Notes: a model not told the origin generated them from the sequence alone. DNA of 64,000 nt from Myxococcota bacterium (GCA_963674735.2 CAXXQS010000001.1:1909370-1973369); one strand, 5' to 3'. Shown: positions 1-10,527, counted from the stretch's first letter. Numbers and translations: made by a program.

Positions 1-870
1 GGATGCGACCACTTCTGCACGTATTGCATCGTTCCCCACGTGCGCGGCCGCGAGAAAAGCCGTCCCCTCAACGAAGTAACCGAAGAAATTCGCTCCTACG
101 CCGCCGTCGGTATCAAAGAAATCACGCTGCTTGGGCAAAACATCAACAGTTACGGAAACGACTTTCCCCAAGGCCCTGATTTCGTGGATCTTCTGGCGGC
201 ATCCGCCGAAATCGACGGCATCGAGCGCCTGCGCTTCGTCACCTCTCATCCCGCCGCAATGACCGACCGCCACATTGACGCCATGGCGGATATCCCCAAG
301 ATCTGCCCTTACCTGCATCTGCCGATTCAGGCTGGATCGGATCGTATTCTGAGCGCCATGAAACGTGGATATACTTGCGCGGAATATTTAAACATAATCC
401 GCCGTCTAAAGGAAAGAACGCCGAATCTGGCGCTGTCGGGAGACATCATCGTTGGTTTCCCGGGAGAAACGGAAGCGGATTTTCAGGAAACGCTTAGAGT
501 CCTAGAAACGGTCCGGTACGATTCGTTGTTTTCTTTCGTTTATTCGGTCCGTCCCGGTACGAAAGCGGCTAATTTGCCGGATGACGTTTCACGAGAAGCA
601 AAACTTGAGAGACTTGCGAGGCTTCAGACATTGCAAAAAGAGATCACACGCGAGGCCAATCTACACATGGTCGGAAGCATCCAGGAGGTTCTGTTGGAAC
701 AGGTCAGCAAAAGAAGCCCTTTGGATTTGAGTGGACGCACTCCCTGCAACAAAGTCGTCAACGTCAAAGCGGATAAAAGGCTGCTTGGATCAACCGTGCC
801 GGTTGAAATCTCTGCCGCCTACCAAAATTCCCTGCGTGGCACCATCATCGAGAAACAACTTGGGAGATAG
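1..870 (+). CDS. miaB: MiaB-type radical-SAM tRNA methylthiotransferase, 5'-truncated at the window edge
   Basis: Frame 1 from nt 1 reads GCDHFCTYCIVPHVRGREKSRP (CxxxCxxC radical-SAM cluster). It continues through the listed ORF 40-870 and has a C-terminal TRAM-like segment (GSIQEVLLEQVSKRSPLDLSGRT). Confidence 0.85.
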   Translation, partial: GCDHFCTYCIVPHVRGREKSRPLNEVTEEIRSYAAVGIKEITLLGQNINSYGNDFPQGPDFVDLLAASAEIDGIERLRFVTSHPAAMTDRHIDAMADIPKICPYLHLPIQAGSDRILSAMKRGYTCAEYLNIIRRLKERTPNLALSGDIIVGFPGETEADFQETLRVLETVRYDSLFSFVYSVRPGTKAANLPDDVSREAKLERLARLQTLQKEITREANLHMVGSIQEVLLEQVSKRSPLDLSGRTPCNKVVNVKADKRLLGSTVPVEISAAYQNSLRGTIIEKQLGR

Positions 871-872
871 TC

Positions 873-1376
873 ATGGCGGCTGGAAAAGAAATGCGATTGG
901 TATCGTTGGATTTGGAATTGACCCGCCAGATGCCGACTGCGGTCTTATGCGGCGTGGAAAGCGGACAAACCTTGCCGCTTTGGATCGAATACGACACCGT
1001 CGATTTTCTCATGGATGCCATGCAAGACAGCAATTCCGGTGAAGAAGGCGTTATCAAAACCTTGCTGGCAGCGATTGCCGCCCTTGAAGGTCAAATCGAT
1101 CACATCGAATTGACCGGGGATGAAGCGGAAAATTATTCGGCTCATGTCATTTTATCGCATAACAACGAACAGTTAAAAACCGTGTCGGCCCCCATCGGCC
1201 TGGCGCTGGCCTTGGCAATACGCACGAAACGACCGATTTTCGCGGATGAAACCATTCTGCCCGAAATCTGCACCCTCGACACTCATGCCCAATCCGGCGG
1301 GAAAACAATCGACGATCGTGCTTCGGAAGGCTTCTCGCCTCTGATTGGATTATCGGACGACAAATACAAAATGTAA
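873..1376 (+). CDS. Bifunctional-nuclease (DUF151/BFN)-like protein
   Basis: ATG lies 3 nt after the miaB stop, with a GGGAG RBS. The LPLWIEYDTVDFLMDAM and APIGLALALAIRTKRPIF segments resemble the DUF151 PIWIG...EA and ARPSDAIALALR...PI motifs. A miaB-DUF151 neighbourhood is common. Confidence 0.5.
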   Translation: MAAGKEMRLVSLDLELTRQMPTAVLCGVESGQTLPLWIEYDTVDFLMDAMQDSNSGEEGVIKTLLAAIAALEGQIDHIELTGDEAENYSAHVILSHNNEQLKTVSAPIGLALALAIRTKRPIFADETILPEICTLDTHAQSGGKTIDDRASEGFSPLIGLSDDKYKM

Positions 1377-1543
1377 TCCCCGGGAATTCTCCATTCTGCT
1401 TGCAAACCGGTGGCGTTCCATCCCTAATATGATATAATTCGAATCGTTATCTCCAGCCCTTTTCATTAACCAGGGTTGTTCTTCCTGACCTGGAGCGAAG
1501 GATATTCCTCCGCTCAGATAGCCATTACGGCCTGGGAGGCATT

Positions 1544-3145
1544 ATGCAGGCGATCATCCATGCATTCGGAACCGAGAATCAAAAACGACAGAAAGCACTG
1601 GCGATTCAGCTGTTTTCATCGGCCATGCTTACAATCTTCGTGATATTTGGAGCCATAGCTTGCTCCAGTGACGATGACGACGGTCTTACCGACTCCGATG
1701 CACCCACCGACGGCGATCAATCGCCCATCGTGACAGACCATGAATTTCCAACAACTGACGGCGACACGACCCCGGATGGCGATAGCGAGGAGGGAGACTT
1801 GGACGTATCGGAAACGGAATCCGATGTGGATCAGGATCTGGAATTTGCGGATGGCGATCTCGACGGCGAGCAGTCGGAAACGTTCGAGTACGAGAATGAA
1901 TACAGCGATTTCGCCCCCGACGGCGATTTCGAGTGGGAGATTCCGGGAGGCGACGAAGACCCGACCGATATCGGCGAACAAGCCGCCGATGAGCTGGTAC
2001 TGCCTTTCGATAACCGCGAAGTCATGGAGTTGACCCCTTTTTGCGCCTGGACTTACCAGGTCGAAAATGCAGCAGAATCACGTGCGGGGCAAGTCGCCAC
2101 CGCCGTTTGCCTAAGCGACCCGCTCGGTAGCGATGAATTGTACCGCCACGACGGCGAGAACGCCTTGGCCAATCCGCCGCTACGCAGTTCCTTCGCACTT
2201 GCCAATGAAAACATGGGCTGGGCCGTTTATCGTCCTTTCAACGCCGATGGTCGAATCGACCATGACAGCCAAGTCGTATTTCGACGAGAGGAAAAGCTGA
2301 ATACCGGTAAAATCGAGGTCGCTTACTTCAGCGCCGATATCCCGGCAATCGACAATTGCCGCTTTGTGCAGACCGCCGCTCTGCCCGTTCAGTCGGACGA
2401 AAAGGACGACCAGGTCGATTTTCTGGCGGCCTATGTATGGGAATATGACGACGAGAACGCCTACCTCGTCACCCGCCCCTACCGGGCCATAACCGGGCCC
2501 GAAAACGACGCCTCCATCACCGCTCTCGCGGACCCGACCTATATCACCCTGAATTATGGGTTTCGACAAGCATCGCAAGTACGCATTGTCAATCACGCCA
2601 ACCAGGTGTGGTTGAATGCCGGGGACTCCCTGCACGCACTCAGCTCCAGCGGCGAATATTTGAACAGTCACCGTCTCAACCTGATCCTCGACGACGATTC
2701 ACGTTTCGATCTCATCGATTTCGCCATTTCTTCAGACGGCGTCTACATCAGCACGCTGACGCAAGTCGAGTTTACCAATGGCTCTCTCGAAACGGTATGG
2801 ACTCTCCAACCTGCCGCCACCCCGCATCAGGTAACCAAGCTTTGGCGTTTCGGATATGAATACAATGCCTACCGCACCGCTTTCAGCGCCGACAGCCGCT
2901 ATGCCATGGTGGCCAACGGCGACCCGAATACGTACGACGACCTGTATGTTATCGACCTCGACCGCAGCCCGTTAAGCGTTCAGGCCACCAACCAGCCCGT
3001 TTGGGGACGTCCGCTTTCCTTTGACGACCCCTCACGACTCTTGCTGGCCTTTCCGATTTCAAGCGATCTGTTCCGCTCCGTGGATCTTCGAATCGATTCC
3101 GTTGCATTCAGTACGTTGCTCGACCGGTCCTTCAACCTGGAATAG
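1544..3145 (+). CDS. Predicted lipoprotein with a long acidic spacer, function unknown
   Basis: GGGAGG RBS. Signal peptide ends in the lipobox FGAIAC. It is followed by about 140 aa of D/E/G/T-rich sequence (SSDDDDGLTDSDAPTDGD...) and then a beta-rich globular part. Confidence 0.6.
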   Translation: MQAIIHAFGTENQKRQKALAIQLFSSAMLTIFVIFGAIACSSDDDDGLTDSDAPTDGDQSPIVTDHEFPTTDGDTTPDGDSEEGDLDVSETESDVDQDLEFADGDLDGEQSETFEYENEYSDFAPDGDFEWEIPGGDEDPTDIGEQAADELVLPFDNREVMELTPFCAWTYQVENAAESRAGQVATAVCLSDPLGSDELYRHDGENALANPPLRSSFALANENMGWAVYRPFNADGRIDHDSQVVFRREEKLNTGKIEVAYFSADIPAIDNCRFVQTAALPVQSDEKDDQVDFLAAYVWEYDDENAYLVTRPYRAITGPENDASITALADPTYITLNYGFRQASQVRIVNHANQVWLNAGDSLHALSSSGEYLNSHRLNLILDDDSRFDLIDFAISSDGVYISTLTQVEFTNGSLETVWTLQPAATPHQVTKLWRFGYEYNAYRTAFSADSRYAMVANGDPNTYDDLYVIDLDRSPLSVQATNQPVWGRPLSFDDPSRLLLAFPISSDLFRSVDLRIDSVAFSTLLDRSFNLE

Positions 3146-3153
3146 CAAAACCC

Positions 3154-3957
3154 ATGTCCGTTTCTCTTGCAAACGAAATATCCGCCGCTTCTTCGGACAG
3201 CGAAGACACGATCATCCGCTTCGATCGGGTATCGAAATCCTTCGGGGACAAACTGGTCCTATCGGAGGTCAGTTGCGATATCCGGCGAAATAAAATCACG
3301 GTGATTGTGGGGCCATCCGGCGTTGGAAAGTCGGTCTTCATCAAACATTTGGTGGGATTGATCAAGCCTGATTCCGGGCAGGTGCTGGTCGATGGCATCG
3401 ATGTGACGGGGCTCAAACGACGCGAATTATTCGCGTTGCGTAAACGCTTCGGCATGATGTTTCAAGACGGAGCCTTGTTCGATTCGATGACCGTCGGGGA
3501 GAACGTCGCGTTTCCGCTCACGCAGCACACCGACCTCTCCCGCCCCAAGATGAAAGCGATTGTGGCCGACAAACTGCGTTCGGTGGGGTTGCCCGGTATC
3601 GAAGCCCTCTATCCCTCGGAACTCTCTGGAGGTATGCGAAAACGGGTGGGTTTCGCGCGCGCGATTGTGATGGAACCGGAAATCGTTCTGTTCGACGAAC
3701 CCAATTCGGGGCTCGATCCGGTGATGGCCGATGCCATCGACAGCCTGATTTTGAACATGCAACGCGAACTGGGCATCACCTTCCTGGTCATCTCCCACGA
3801 CATCGCCTCCACGCGCCGGATTGCGGATTACGTCGGCATGTTGTACGACTCACGCCTGATCGCCTTTGGTGAACGCGAGGCCGTCTTCGGCTCCGACGAC
3901 CCTATCCTGCAGCAGTTTTTCGCTCGCTGCGCCGATGGACCCATCCAAGTGGTGTAA
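3154..3957 (+). CDS. ABC transporter ATP-binding protein, MlaF/Mkl-like
   Basis: Walker A GPSGVGKS, ABC signature LSGGMRKRV, Walker B IVLFDEP. Length and N-terminus are typical of MlaF-type ATPases. Confidence 0.8.
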   Translation: MSVSLANEISAASSDSEDTIIRFDRVSKSFGDKLVLSEVSCDIRRNKITVIVGPSGVGKSVFIKHLVGLIKPDSGQVLVDGIDVTGLKRRELFALRKRFGMMFQDGALFDSMTVGENVAFPLTQHTDLSRPKMKAIVADKLRSVGLPGIEALYPSELSGGMRKRVGFARAIVMEPEIVLFDEPNSGLDPVMADAIDSLILNMQRELGITFLVISHDIASTRRIADYVGMLYDSRLIAFGEREAVFGSDDPILQQFFARCADGPIQVV

Positions 3958-4031
3958 GGACGGCTTGCAAGCATTCCCACTCCGGATTTTCCTTCGATCG
4001 TATTTGGAAGAAATCACCGTTTGGCGATCGA

Positions 4032-4868
4032 TCACACCCAGCTGTTGGTCATCACTTCGCCGATGCCGCCGCCACCGGGAACGATGTAGTGAATGTCCGT
4101 CAATCCGCGTTCCTCATCCCAACGTTCGCCGGGTTTGGTCGCCAAAACATCCGGTGCGGACAAGCCCCGGTCGAGTCGAATGGCGTAGATGATCACATCG
4201 GGATGGTTGGTGGTCAGGTTTTTCAAATATTCAGGCGTCACGATCAGGTGCATGGCTACAGTCTTCTGGGGTTGCCCCGCCCCGACCTGCTTGTAGGTGT
4301 CGAGCGTCTGCACGATGGAGGAACCGGTGGCTCCCATGGGATCGGGCAGAAGCAGGATGCGCCCGTCGAGCGCACCGCCGATTTTGGAGCTGGAAACATT
4401 CGCGCCGGTGACATGCTGCTGTTCGTCGGTGGCGCGGGCGACAAAGAAGCAGTCCAGACGCACCCCGGCCGGATTGACCAGCAGATTGAGTTGATCGTAC
4501 ACCACCTGGGAGGGCAGGATCCCGGCGCGCGCCACCTGCGCCACGGCCACCTTCACCTCGGAATCGAGGTTGTGTCCACGATAGACTCCGTGCTCGGTGC
4601 TGGCGATCATGCGGCTGGGAATCTCGACGTTCTGACTCGGGAATTCGGCGTTGACCGCAATCTTCAACAAGTCGATATAGAGTTCGGTAAAGAGGCGATT
4701 GGCATCGGGTTGGGCGGTCTTTTCCGCGCACACCTTGGCTAAAAGCGTCATCAGCACCGGCGTCGAAACGATATGCACGTTCGGCCCGTAAGCATGTTCC
4801 ACTTCGGGAACCTGATAAGGCAGATTCCGGTACTGGCAGTCGACACTTTTTCCCATCATTTCCTCCAT
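4032..4868 (-). CDS. upp: Uracil phosphoribosyltransferase-family protein
   Basis: PRPP-binding motif LLLPDPMGATGSS and C-terminal YIVPGGGGIGE. Start moved to the ATG at 4868 (MEEMMGK). The upstream part of the listed ORF looks non-coding. Confidence 0.7.
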   Translation of the reverse strand: MEEMMGKSVDCQYRNLPYQVPEVEHAYGPNVHIVSTPVLMTLLAKVCAEKTAQPDANRLFTELYIDLLKIAVNAEFPSQNVEIPSRMIASTEHGVYRGHNLDSEVKVAVAQVARAGILPSQVVYDQLNLLVNPAGVRLDCFFVARATDEQQHVTGANVSSSKIGGALDGRILLLPDPMGATGSSIVQTLDTYKQVGAGQPQKTVAMHLIVTPEYLKNLTTNHPDVIIYAIRLDRGLSAPDVLATKPGERWDEERGLTDIHYIVPGGGGIGEVMTNSWV

Positions 4869-5099
4869 GTGCTGAACCCCGACAACTCCTGCTTCCGTCG
4901 CAGACAGTAAACGACAAAGCGCCCGATTCCGCAAGCCTTTTCATGCTCCATGCCGCCCCGACACTGAATCGCGGAGGCAAACGGATTGTCGAAAGTGGAA
5001 CGGCAATCTCGGCTTCAGCTTTTTTCGAGATAAACTTGAAACATGTCGTTGCTTTGAATAGTGTAAACCGACGAATCGACATCTTACCCGAATCCATGT

Positions 5100-6656
5100 A
5101 TGGGAGTCGCGATGCTGATCCTACAACGACCGCTGATACTATTTCTGTTCTCGGTTCTGACGGCGATCTTGTCTGCCGCTTGCGGTGACGACTCGTCCAT
5201 GCCTGACGGCGATCTCGACGGGGAAACGGCGAACGGCGAGTCCGACATACCCGATAGCGACGCAGACAGCCCAGGCGAGGAGAGCCCCGACGGTGACCTC
5301 GACGCCCCGGAAGGCGAAGAAGGTGAAGCAGACACACTGCGCGTGTTCTACACCGAAGACGGCTTTATCCGCGACCGCGACGGACGGGCCATCATCCTGC
5401 GCGCCATCGCCTTTCCTTCCAAAGACCTGGATTACTGGTCCGAACAGCCGCCCGACCAGGATGAGACCGATCTCGCCTTTATCGCCGAATCGGGCTTCAA
5501 CGCCATTCGCCTTGGCATCAACTGGTCCCGTATCGAACCCGAACGCGATCAGTACGACGAAAGCTATCTCGATCTGGTGGCGCGTCACGCACGTCTGGCG
5601 GCGGACCAGGGGCTTTACATCTTCATCGACATGCATCAGGATCTTTACGGCGTGGGATTCGGTCTTGAAGGCGCGCCCTACTGGACCTGCGACGAGGCGT
5701 ATTACGAATCGTTCGAGCCCATCGAGCCGTGGTTTTTCAACTATTTTTCGGAAGAAGTCAAAGCCTGCTTCGACGGGTTCTGGGAAAGCGAGGAATTGCA
5801 GCGCCACCAGCGAAACGCCGCCGCCGCACTGGCCTCGCGCCTGACCGACAACGCGTACATTCTGGGTTTCGATACTTTCAACGAACCGCTGCCGGGGAAC
5901 ATGAGTTGGGACGATTTCGGCCGCGACGCCCTGTGGCCTTTCCAGGAGCGTTTTTTCGAGGCTCTAAACGCCGCCCTGCCGGGACGCATGGTCTTTTTCG
6001 AACCGGCGGTCACCTTCTCCGCTACCCTCTCGACCACTATGACGGGACCGCAGGGAGGCTTTCCGGCTGTTTTTGCGCCGCATTATTACAACCAGTCGGT
6101 CGAAAACGATTGGCTGTGGGACGGCGATCCCACTTCCGACCGGGCCGCCATCGACGCCATCGCCGCCGAGGCCGAGCGCATGAACGTTCCCTGGGTGCTG
6201 GGGGAAATGGGGGGAGATCGACGCACGACCAACCTCGACGACTACCTGATGTCGCTGTATGCCATGATCGACGAAAAGATGGCCAACAGCGCCATCTGGA
6301 TTTTCTCGAAGGGTACCAAGGGCTTCGGGCTTTACGATTCGGAAAAACAGGACTGGACCGAGCACGCCTCGGCTTATTTGCGTCCCGCCCCTTCGGCGGT
6401 GGCAGGCACCCCGCAGCATTTCGCCTGGAATTACGACAGCTTGACCTTCACGCTGACCTGGGATGAAAAGCCCGGTATCGGCGACACGGAAATCCTGATT
6501 CCCAAATGGATGCGCGAGGCGGGGCTGACCCTCACCGTCGACGGCTCCCCCGCCATACCGGAATACTCCGAGCATCACCGCCTGATCGTTCCCGCAGGCG
6601 ACGCAGCCGTCACCCGCTCGCTGGAAATCATCGTGAAGGAGGAGGATGGGGGGTAG
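5100..6656 (+). CDS. Glycoside hydrolase family 5-like lipoprotein (endoglycoceramidase/cellulase type)
   Basis: Lipobox LSAAC followed by an acidic PDGDLDGE spacer. GFNAIRLGINWSRIEP, FDTFNEP (acid/base Glu) and VLGEMGG (nucleophile Glu) are GH5 hallmarks. Confidence 0.8.
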   Translation: MGVAMLILQRPLILFLFSVLTAILSAACGDDSSMPDGDLDGETANGESDIPDSDADSPGEESPDGDLDAPEGEEGEADTLRVFYTEDGFIRDRDGRAIILRAIAFPSKDLDYWSEQPPDQDETDLAFIAESGFNAIRLGINWSRIEPERDQYDESYLDLVARHARLAADQGLYIFIDMHQDLYGVGFGLEGAPYWTCDEAYYESFEPIEPWFFNYFSEEVKACFDGFWESEELQRHQRNAAAALASRLTDNAYILGFDTFNEPLPGNMSWDDFGRDALWPFQERFFEALNAALPGRMVFFEPAVTFSATLSTTMTGPQGGFPAVFAPHYYNQSVENDWLWDGDPTSDRAAIDAIAAEAERMNVPWVLGEMGGDRRTTNLDDYLMSLYAMIDEKMANSAIWIFSKGTKGFGLYDSEKQDWTEHASAYLRPAPSAVAGTPQHFAWNYDSLTFTLTWDEKPGIGDTEILIPKWMREAGLTLTVDGSPAIPEYSEHHRLIVPAGDAAVTRSLEIIVKEEDGG

Positions 6657-6698
6657 GAAGTGGGAAAAGGCAGAATTTGTTTTAGTGTCGGTGCAGTA

Positions 6699-8444
6699 TT
6701 ATCCACGATGGCCACTAGATTCTGCCACTTTTTCGGGTGCACAATAGTACCGATGCTTGGTTTTGCCCCAAGTTGGGATCATTTCCCTTATGGTTTGTTT
6801 TTGTTCCTCTCCCAGATTATCTGCAGGCTGTTGCAAACGCTGATTTTTAATCCGGCGTATCTTCAACACATGACAAATATAACGAATGAGGGCAACAATA
6901 TTGGCAGATAGGTTTATCAAGAAAGAATAAAGCGGACCGATCATAAGCAGAGTCCTAATAATAAAGCCCCAAACTTGGTCCGGGCCATACACTGCCCGTA
7001 TGGAAATTGCTTTTACTACCAGGCGCTCAACCAACAGCAATAGTATCAGCACCATAATTGCAGGATGAAGTATCTTTCCAGACCAACCCAATGCAATAAA
7101 GTCGGATAAAGGCATGAATGACAACAAATAGAGAGATAGAATCAAGCTGGAAATGTTTATATTACCTACAAGCATCATTTTTCTGTCCCGATACAGCGTG
7201 TACTTGGTCGCGAAATCTCCTTGCCAACTTTTTAGAAAATCCTTTGCCACACTTCGTTCTATACCTGGAAACATGGATTGATACACAACTCCCATCACCC
7301 ATCGAGATTTTTGCCATATCGCTTCACGGAGTGTCTGCGGAAAGTATTCTCTGGTCGCAATATATGCATGGCCACTGCCTCTTTGGTTCCAGAAACAATG
7401 GGAAACCCCTTCTCTATGCAACTTGAGGGCGATTTCGTAGTCTTCCGTCAGATGATATGGATTGAACAGCATGCCATCCGACCTATCATCCAAGAGCTTC
7501 TTCAAAGCTGAGCGTGCAATACCTGTTCCGACACCGGCAGAAGGAACCAATCCTCCAATTCGCCACCTTGAAACAAGGTCTTTGGTGTGCGCTTCTGCAA
7601 ACTCTTCCAAATATACGGCCGAAACTAGGTAATGATGGACTTTCTTAAGTATCGTTGCGGAAACATGATTAACTCGCATCAGCATTGAAGAAACACGTCC
7701 CCTGATAAATAGGTCTTTTTCATTTTCAGAGACAAACGAATTCTGCATATTTGACCAGTCGTCTCGCTCCGGCCAAAACGCCTGAGGGAGGGCAAACACG
7801 GGAGTCTGAACGAATTCGTAATGTTGCCTCGTCATCAATTCGTTGAATAGTTTTAGTTCCTCAGGATGAATAACATCTTCTGCATCATGTAAGACCATTA
7901 TCGAAAACTTTAAGTCATTATCACCTTTAAGCGAACTGGAATTCTCATAGTCTTCTATATAGCGATAGATCTGATTCAAGTTGTCGGCTTTGCTTGTCGG
8001 GCCTCTATTTAAGCCAATAACCATGTGAACTTCCGGATAACAACCTTCGATTTGAGCTTCGGGCCGTTTTTTGCGATCCATCTCTTGCATATCCTTCAAA
8101 TTCTGAATCACCCGCCTTACCTCTTTTTGCGTTTCCCTGTCATTTGGATAGAGACCCACAAAGATATGATAATTGGAATACTGTATAGATTTGATATTAT
8201 TAATCAACATATCACCAATCACCGCAGCCTCATGCCAGACCGGTACCAAGATGGCGATCGTCTGCTCGGCAAGGGCTTGATGACTATCACTGCCAGATCG
8301 CAGCTTTTTGTCGTTTTTTCTTTTCAGGATGTAATGAGTAAAAACGATATCGATAAGCAAATCATCAATTCCATTCAGCAAAGCCGTACTGACAATCAGA
8401 ATTGAAAGAATAATAACAATCTCATCCGACTCTCCGCCAATCAT
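6699..8444 (-). CDS. NfrB-type family-2 glycosyltransferase (putative exopolysaccharide synthase), no C-terminal MshEN domain
   Basis: Colinear by eye with E. coli NfrB: LLIDIVF, AILVPVWHEAAVIG, NYHIFVGLYPND, GPTSKADNLN, LHDAEDVIHPEELKLFN, VPSAGVGT, LTEDYEIALKL, REYFPQTLREAIWQKSRWVMGVVYQ. Followed by C-terminal TM helices. The ATG lies 3 nt after the stop of the upstream TPR gene. Confidence 0.75.
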   Translation of the reverse strand: MIGGESDEIVIILSILIVSTALLNGIDDLLIDIVFTHYILKRKNDKKLRSGSDSHQALAEQTIAILVPVWHEAAVIGDMLINNIKSIQYSNYHIFVGLYPNDRETQKEVRRVIQNLKDMQEMDRKKRPEAQIEGCYPEVHMVIGLNRGPTSKADNLNQIYRYIEDYENSSSLKGDNDLKFSIMVLHDAEDVIHPEELKLFNELMTRQHYEFVQTPVFALPQAFWPERDDWSNMQNSFVSENEKDLFIRGRVSSMLMRVNHVSATILKKVHHYLVSAVYLEEFAEAHTKDLVSRWRIGGLVPSAGVGTGIARSALKKLLDDRSDGMLFNPYHLTEDYEIALKLHREGVSHCFWNQRGSGHAYIATREYFPQTLREAIWQKSRWVMGVVYQSMFPGIERSVAKDFLKSWQGDFATKYTLYRDRKMMLVGNINISSLILSLYLLSFMPLSDFIALGWSGKILHPAIMVLILLLLVERLVVKAISIRAVYGPDQVWGFIIRTLLMIGPLYSFLINLSANIVALIRYICHVLKIRRIKNQRLQQPADNLGEEQKQTIREMIPTWGKTKHRYYCAPEKVAESSGHRG

Positions 8445-8447
8445 CAA

Positions 8448-10373
8448 CTATTGCCTTATGTCATATCTACATTGTTTCGATCCATTGGAATCTAGGAGCA
8501 CTTGTGCGCATTTCCTTCTTTTCTCGGTCTTACGGTAATCCTCTGTATCCGAGCGTTTAAACACATCAGCGCCAAGTGCCTTTCGATAATAATCCAATGC
8601 CTTCTGCAGCATAGTCTTATCCCTACTGCTCAAGTATAATTCGTGATACAATAGGCCAAGGTTCGCTTGCACCCGGGCTAGATCTAGTACGTCACCTTCT
8701 TTCTGGTGATGGGCTTCAATAATTTGGTAAGCATCAAGGGCATTTTCCAAGTTTTCAATTTTTTCCGTTTTTTCGGTTAATGCACGCGCAAGGTGATGAT
8801 GGGAAATCGCCAAATTCAGGACCGTCGCTATATAAGAGTGATAATTGTACTTTTCCAAGTGATCAGCAGCTAAAGCAGCCTTGTAAGCTTTTCCGGCTTT
8901 CAACATATCTTGAATAATTGCGCTAGCTTTTTCGGGATCTGCTTCAGCTTTTCTTCTCTCGGCTCGTATTGAGTATGCAACCCCAATATTAATCTGGTTG
9001 TGCACATGCGGAATGGGGTCTTCATTCAACGTTAAAGTTTCGAGCGCTTTTTCATAGCAGTCAATGGCTTCACTGAAATGATCCTCATTTTGGGTGACAT
9101 AATAATAATTCTGGTAAACCATCCCCTTGACAATATTCAAAATTCCATAATCAAGAGGAAAATCATTCAACCTGACACCAGAACATTCGCCTAACGTTTT
9201 CAGCGCCACCTGTAGAAGTTTATACTTCTTCGCATGATCATTTTCAAGCTTACTCAACTGGGTATAGCAAACCGCGAGATATGATCGTATTCTGATATGC
9301 TCGAGTCGATGCTCTTCTTCTGACAGAATATCCTCGGCTCGTTCAAAGCACTCGATGGTCTCATTTAATAGGTCATTTTTTCGTTTTGTACTTGAATCCG
9401 GGATAATAAGAAACAAGCGCTGAAGAGTTCGCCCTTTGTAAACCTGTACTGTGGCATATTCTTTCGGGTAATTTTGCCTGGTTAAGATTTTGAGTGCTTC
9501 ATCGTGGAGGCTAATAGCTTTTTGAACTTCTTCCGGATCACGGTTTAATTGTCCCAGTATTCCGGTTGCTCTGCCTAGGTATGTACGGGTGATTTCTGTT
9601 TCTTTGATTTGTGAGTCCTGATCCGTCTTTCCAATCAGAAGAAGTGCTTTTTCATGATGGAAATAGGACTTTTCAGCAAGGGAAGATTGGTTTTGGGCCT
9701 CCGTTAACAAATAGTAGGCTTTCCCGATGGAATTATGTATCCTTATTTCATCAGCTACAGCTAAACCAACATTTTTCATTTTCAACGCACGCTTGTAGTG
9801 CCTAATGGCTTCATTCGCATAATTGATTCTGGCGCGTAAGTTTGCACGAAATAAGTAAGCATCCCCTAGCATACGCTCACATTGATATTTGGTTTTATCT
9901 TTTACCGCTTCTTGACCGGCAATCGATTTGATAAGATGAATGGCTTTGCTAAGATGAAGTTCACTGTTTTCCAATGAAGCTAGCTTAATCAAGCATTCTG
10001 CTTGGTGAATACAAATTTCATTGTGAAGCCGATCACTTTCATCGGATAGGATACATGCTTCTTTTAGTTTTCTTTTCTGGGTACCTATTAGGGATAATTG
10101 TTCATTAATCGTTTCAACTTTTTGTTTTTCCGTAAGATAGATTTCGTTTGTTTCATCCAAACGACATTCTATTTTAGCCACCTGCTTGTCGATCATTTCC
10201 AGTTGAATATTATTATCCTTATATTTCTTAAAAGGGTTGGTAATAAAGTATGCGACAAAAAAACAACCGAGAGCGCCAGCTGCCGCCATCAAAGCTTTCG
10301 TAAACAATTTGTTTATTCTTCCTAGCGCCTTATCACTTTGATTGGCTTCTTTGGGCTGATCGCTTTCCGTCAT
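8448..10373 (-). CDS. Membrane-anchored coiled-coil/TPR repeat protein
   Basis: One N-terminal TM helix (ALMAAAGALGCFFVAYFI), then a coiled-coil segment, then more than 10 TPR-like units (repeated ...EAI..Y.KAL... / A...Y..AL pattern). AT-richer than its neighbours. Confidence 0.75.
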   Translation of the reverse strand: MTESDQPKEANQSDKALGRINKLFTKALMAAAGALGCFFVAYFITNPFKKYKDNNIQLEMIDKQVAKIECRLDETNEIYLTEKQKVETINEQLSLIGTQKRKLKEACILSDESDRLHNEICIHQAECLIKLASLENSELHLSKAIHLIKSIAGQEAVKDKTKYQCERMLGDAYLFRANLRARINYANEAIRHYKRALKMKNVGLAVADEIRIHNSIGKAYYLLTEAQNQSSLAEKSYFHHEKALLLIGKTDQDSQIKETEITRTYLGRATGILGQLNRDPEEVQKAISLHDEALKILTRQNYPKEYATVQVYKGRTLQRLFLIIPDSSTKRKNDLLNETIECFERAEDILSEEEHRLEHIRIRSYLAVCYTQLSKLENDHAKKYKLLQVALKTLGECSGVRLNDFPLDYGILNIVKGMVYQNYYYVTQNEDHFSEAIDCYEKALETLTLNEDPIPHVHNQINIGVAYSIRAERRKAEADPEKASAIIQDMLKAGKAYKAALAADHLEKYNYHSYIATVLNLAISHHHLARALTEKTEKIENLENALDAYQIIEAHHQKEGDVLDLARVQANLGLLYHELYLSSRDKTMLQKALDYYRKALGADVFKRSDTEDYRKTEKRRKCAQVLLDSNGSKQCRYDIRQ

Positions 10374-10498
10374 AACTGAATCCCTTCTTACTACCGCCGA
10401 ATAGGAAACTACCCCAAGTTTTTTTATTCAGAAATATTGTAGGCTTATTCTTCAAGTATAACATAAGTCCTTATTATGTATACTTTAATTTTAGACAC

Positions 10499-10527
10499 AA
10501 AAAAACCCGACTCCTTGCGAAGCCGGG
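10499..10527 (-). terminator. Rho-independent terminator of the hydrolase gene
   Basis: The minus strand reads CCCGGCTTCGCAAGGAGTCGGG (8-bp stem including GU pairs) followed by TTTTTTT. It lies 22 nt after the stop at 10549. Confidence 0.6.
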
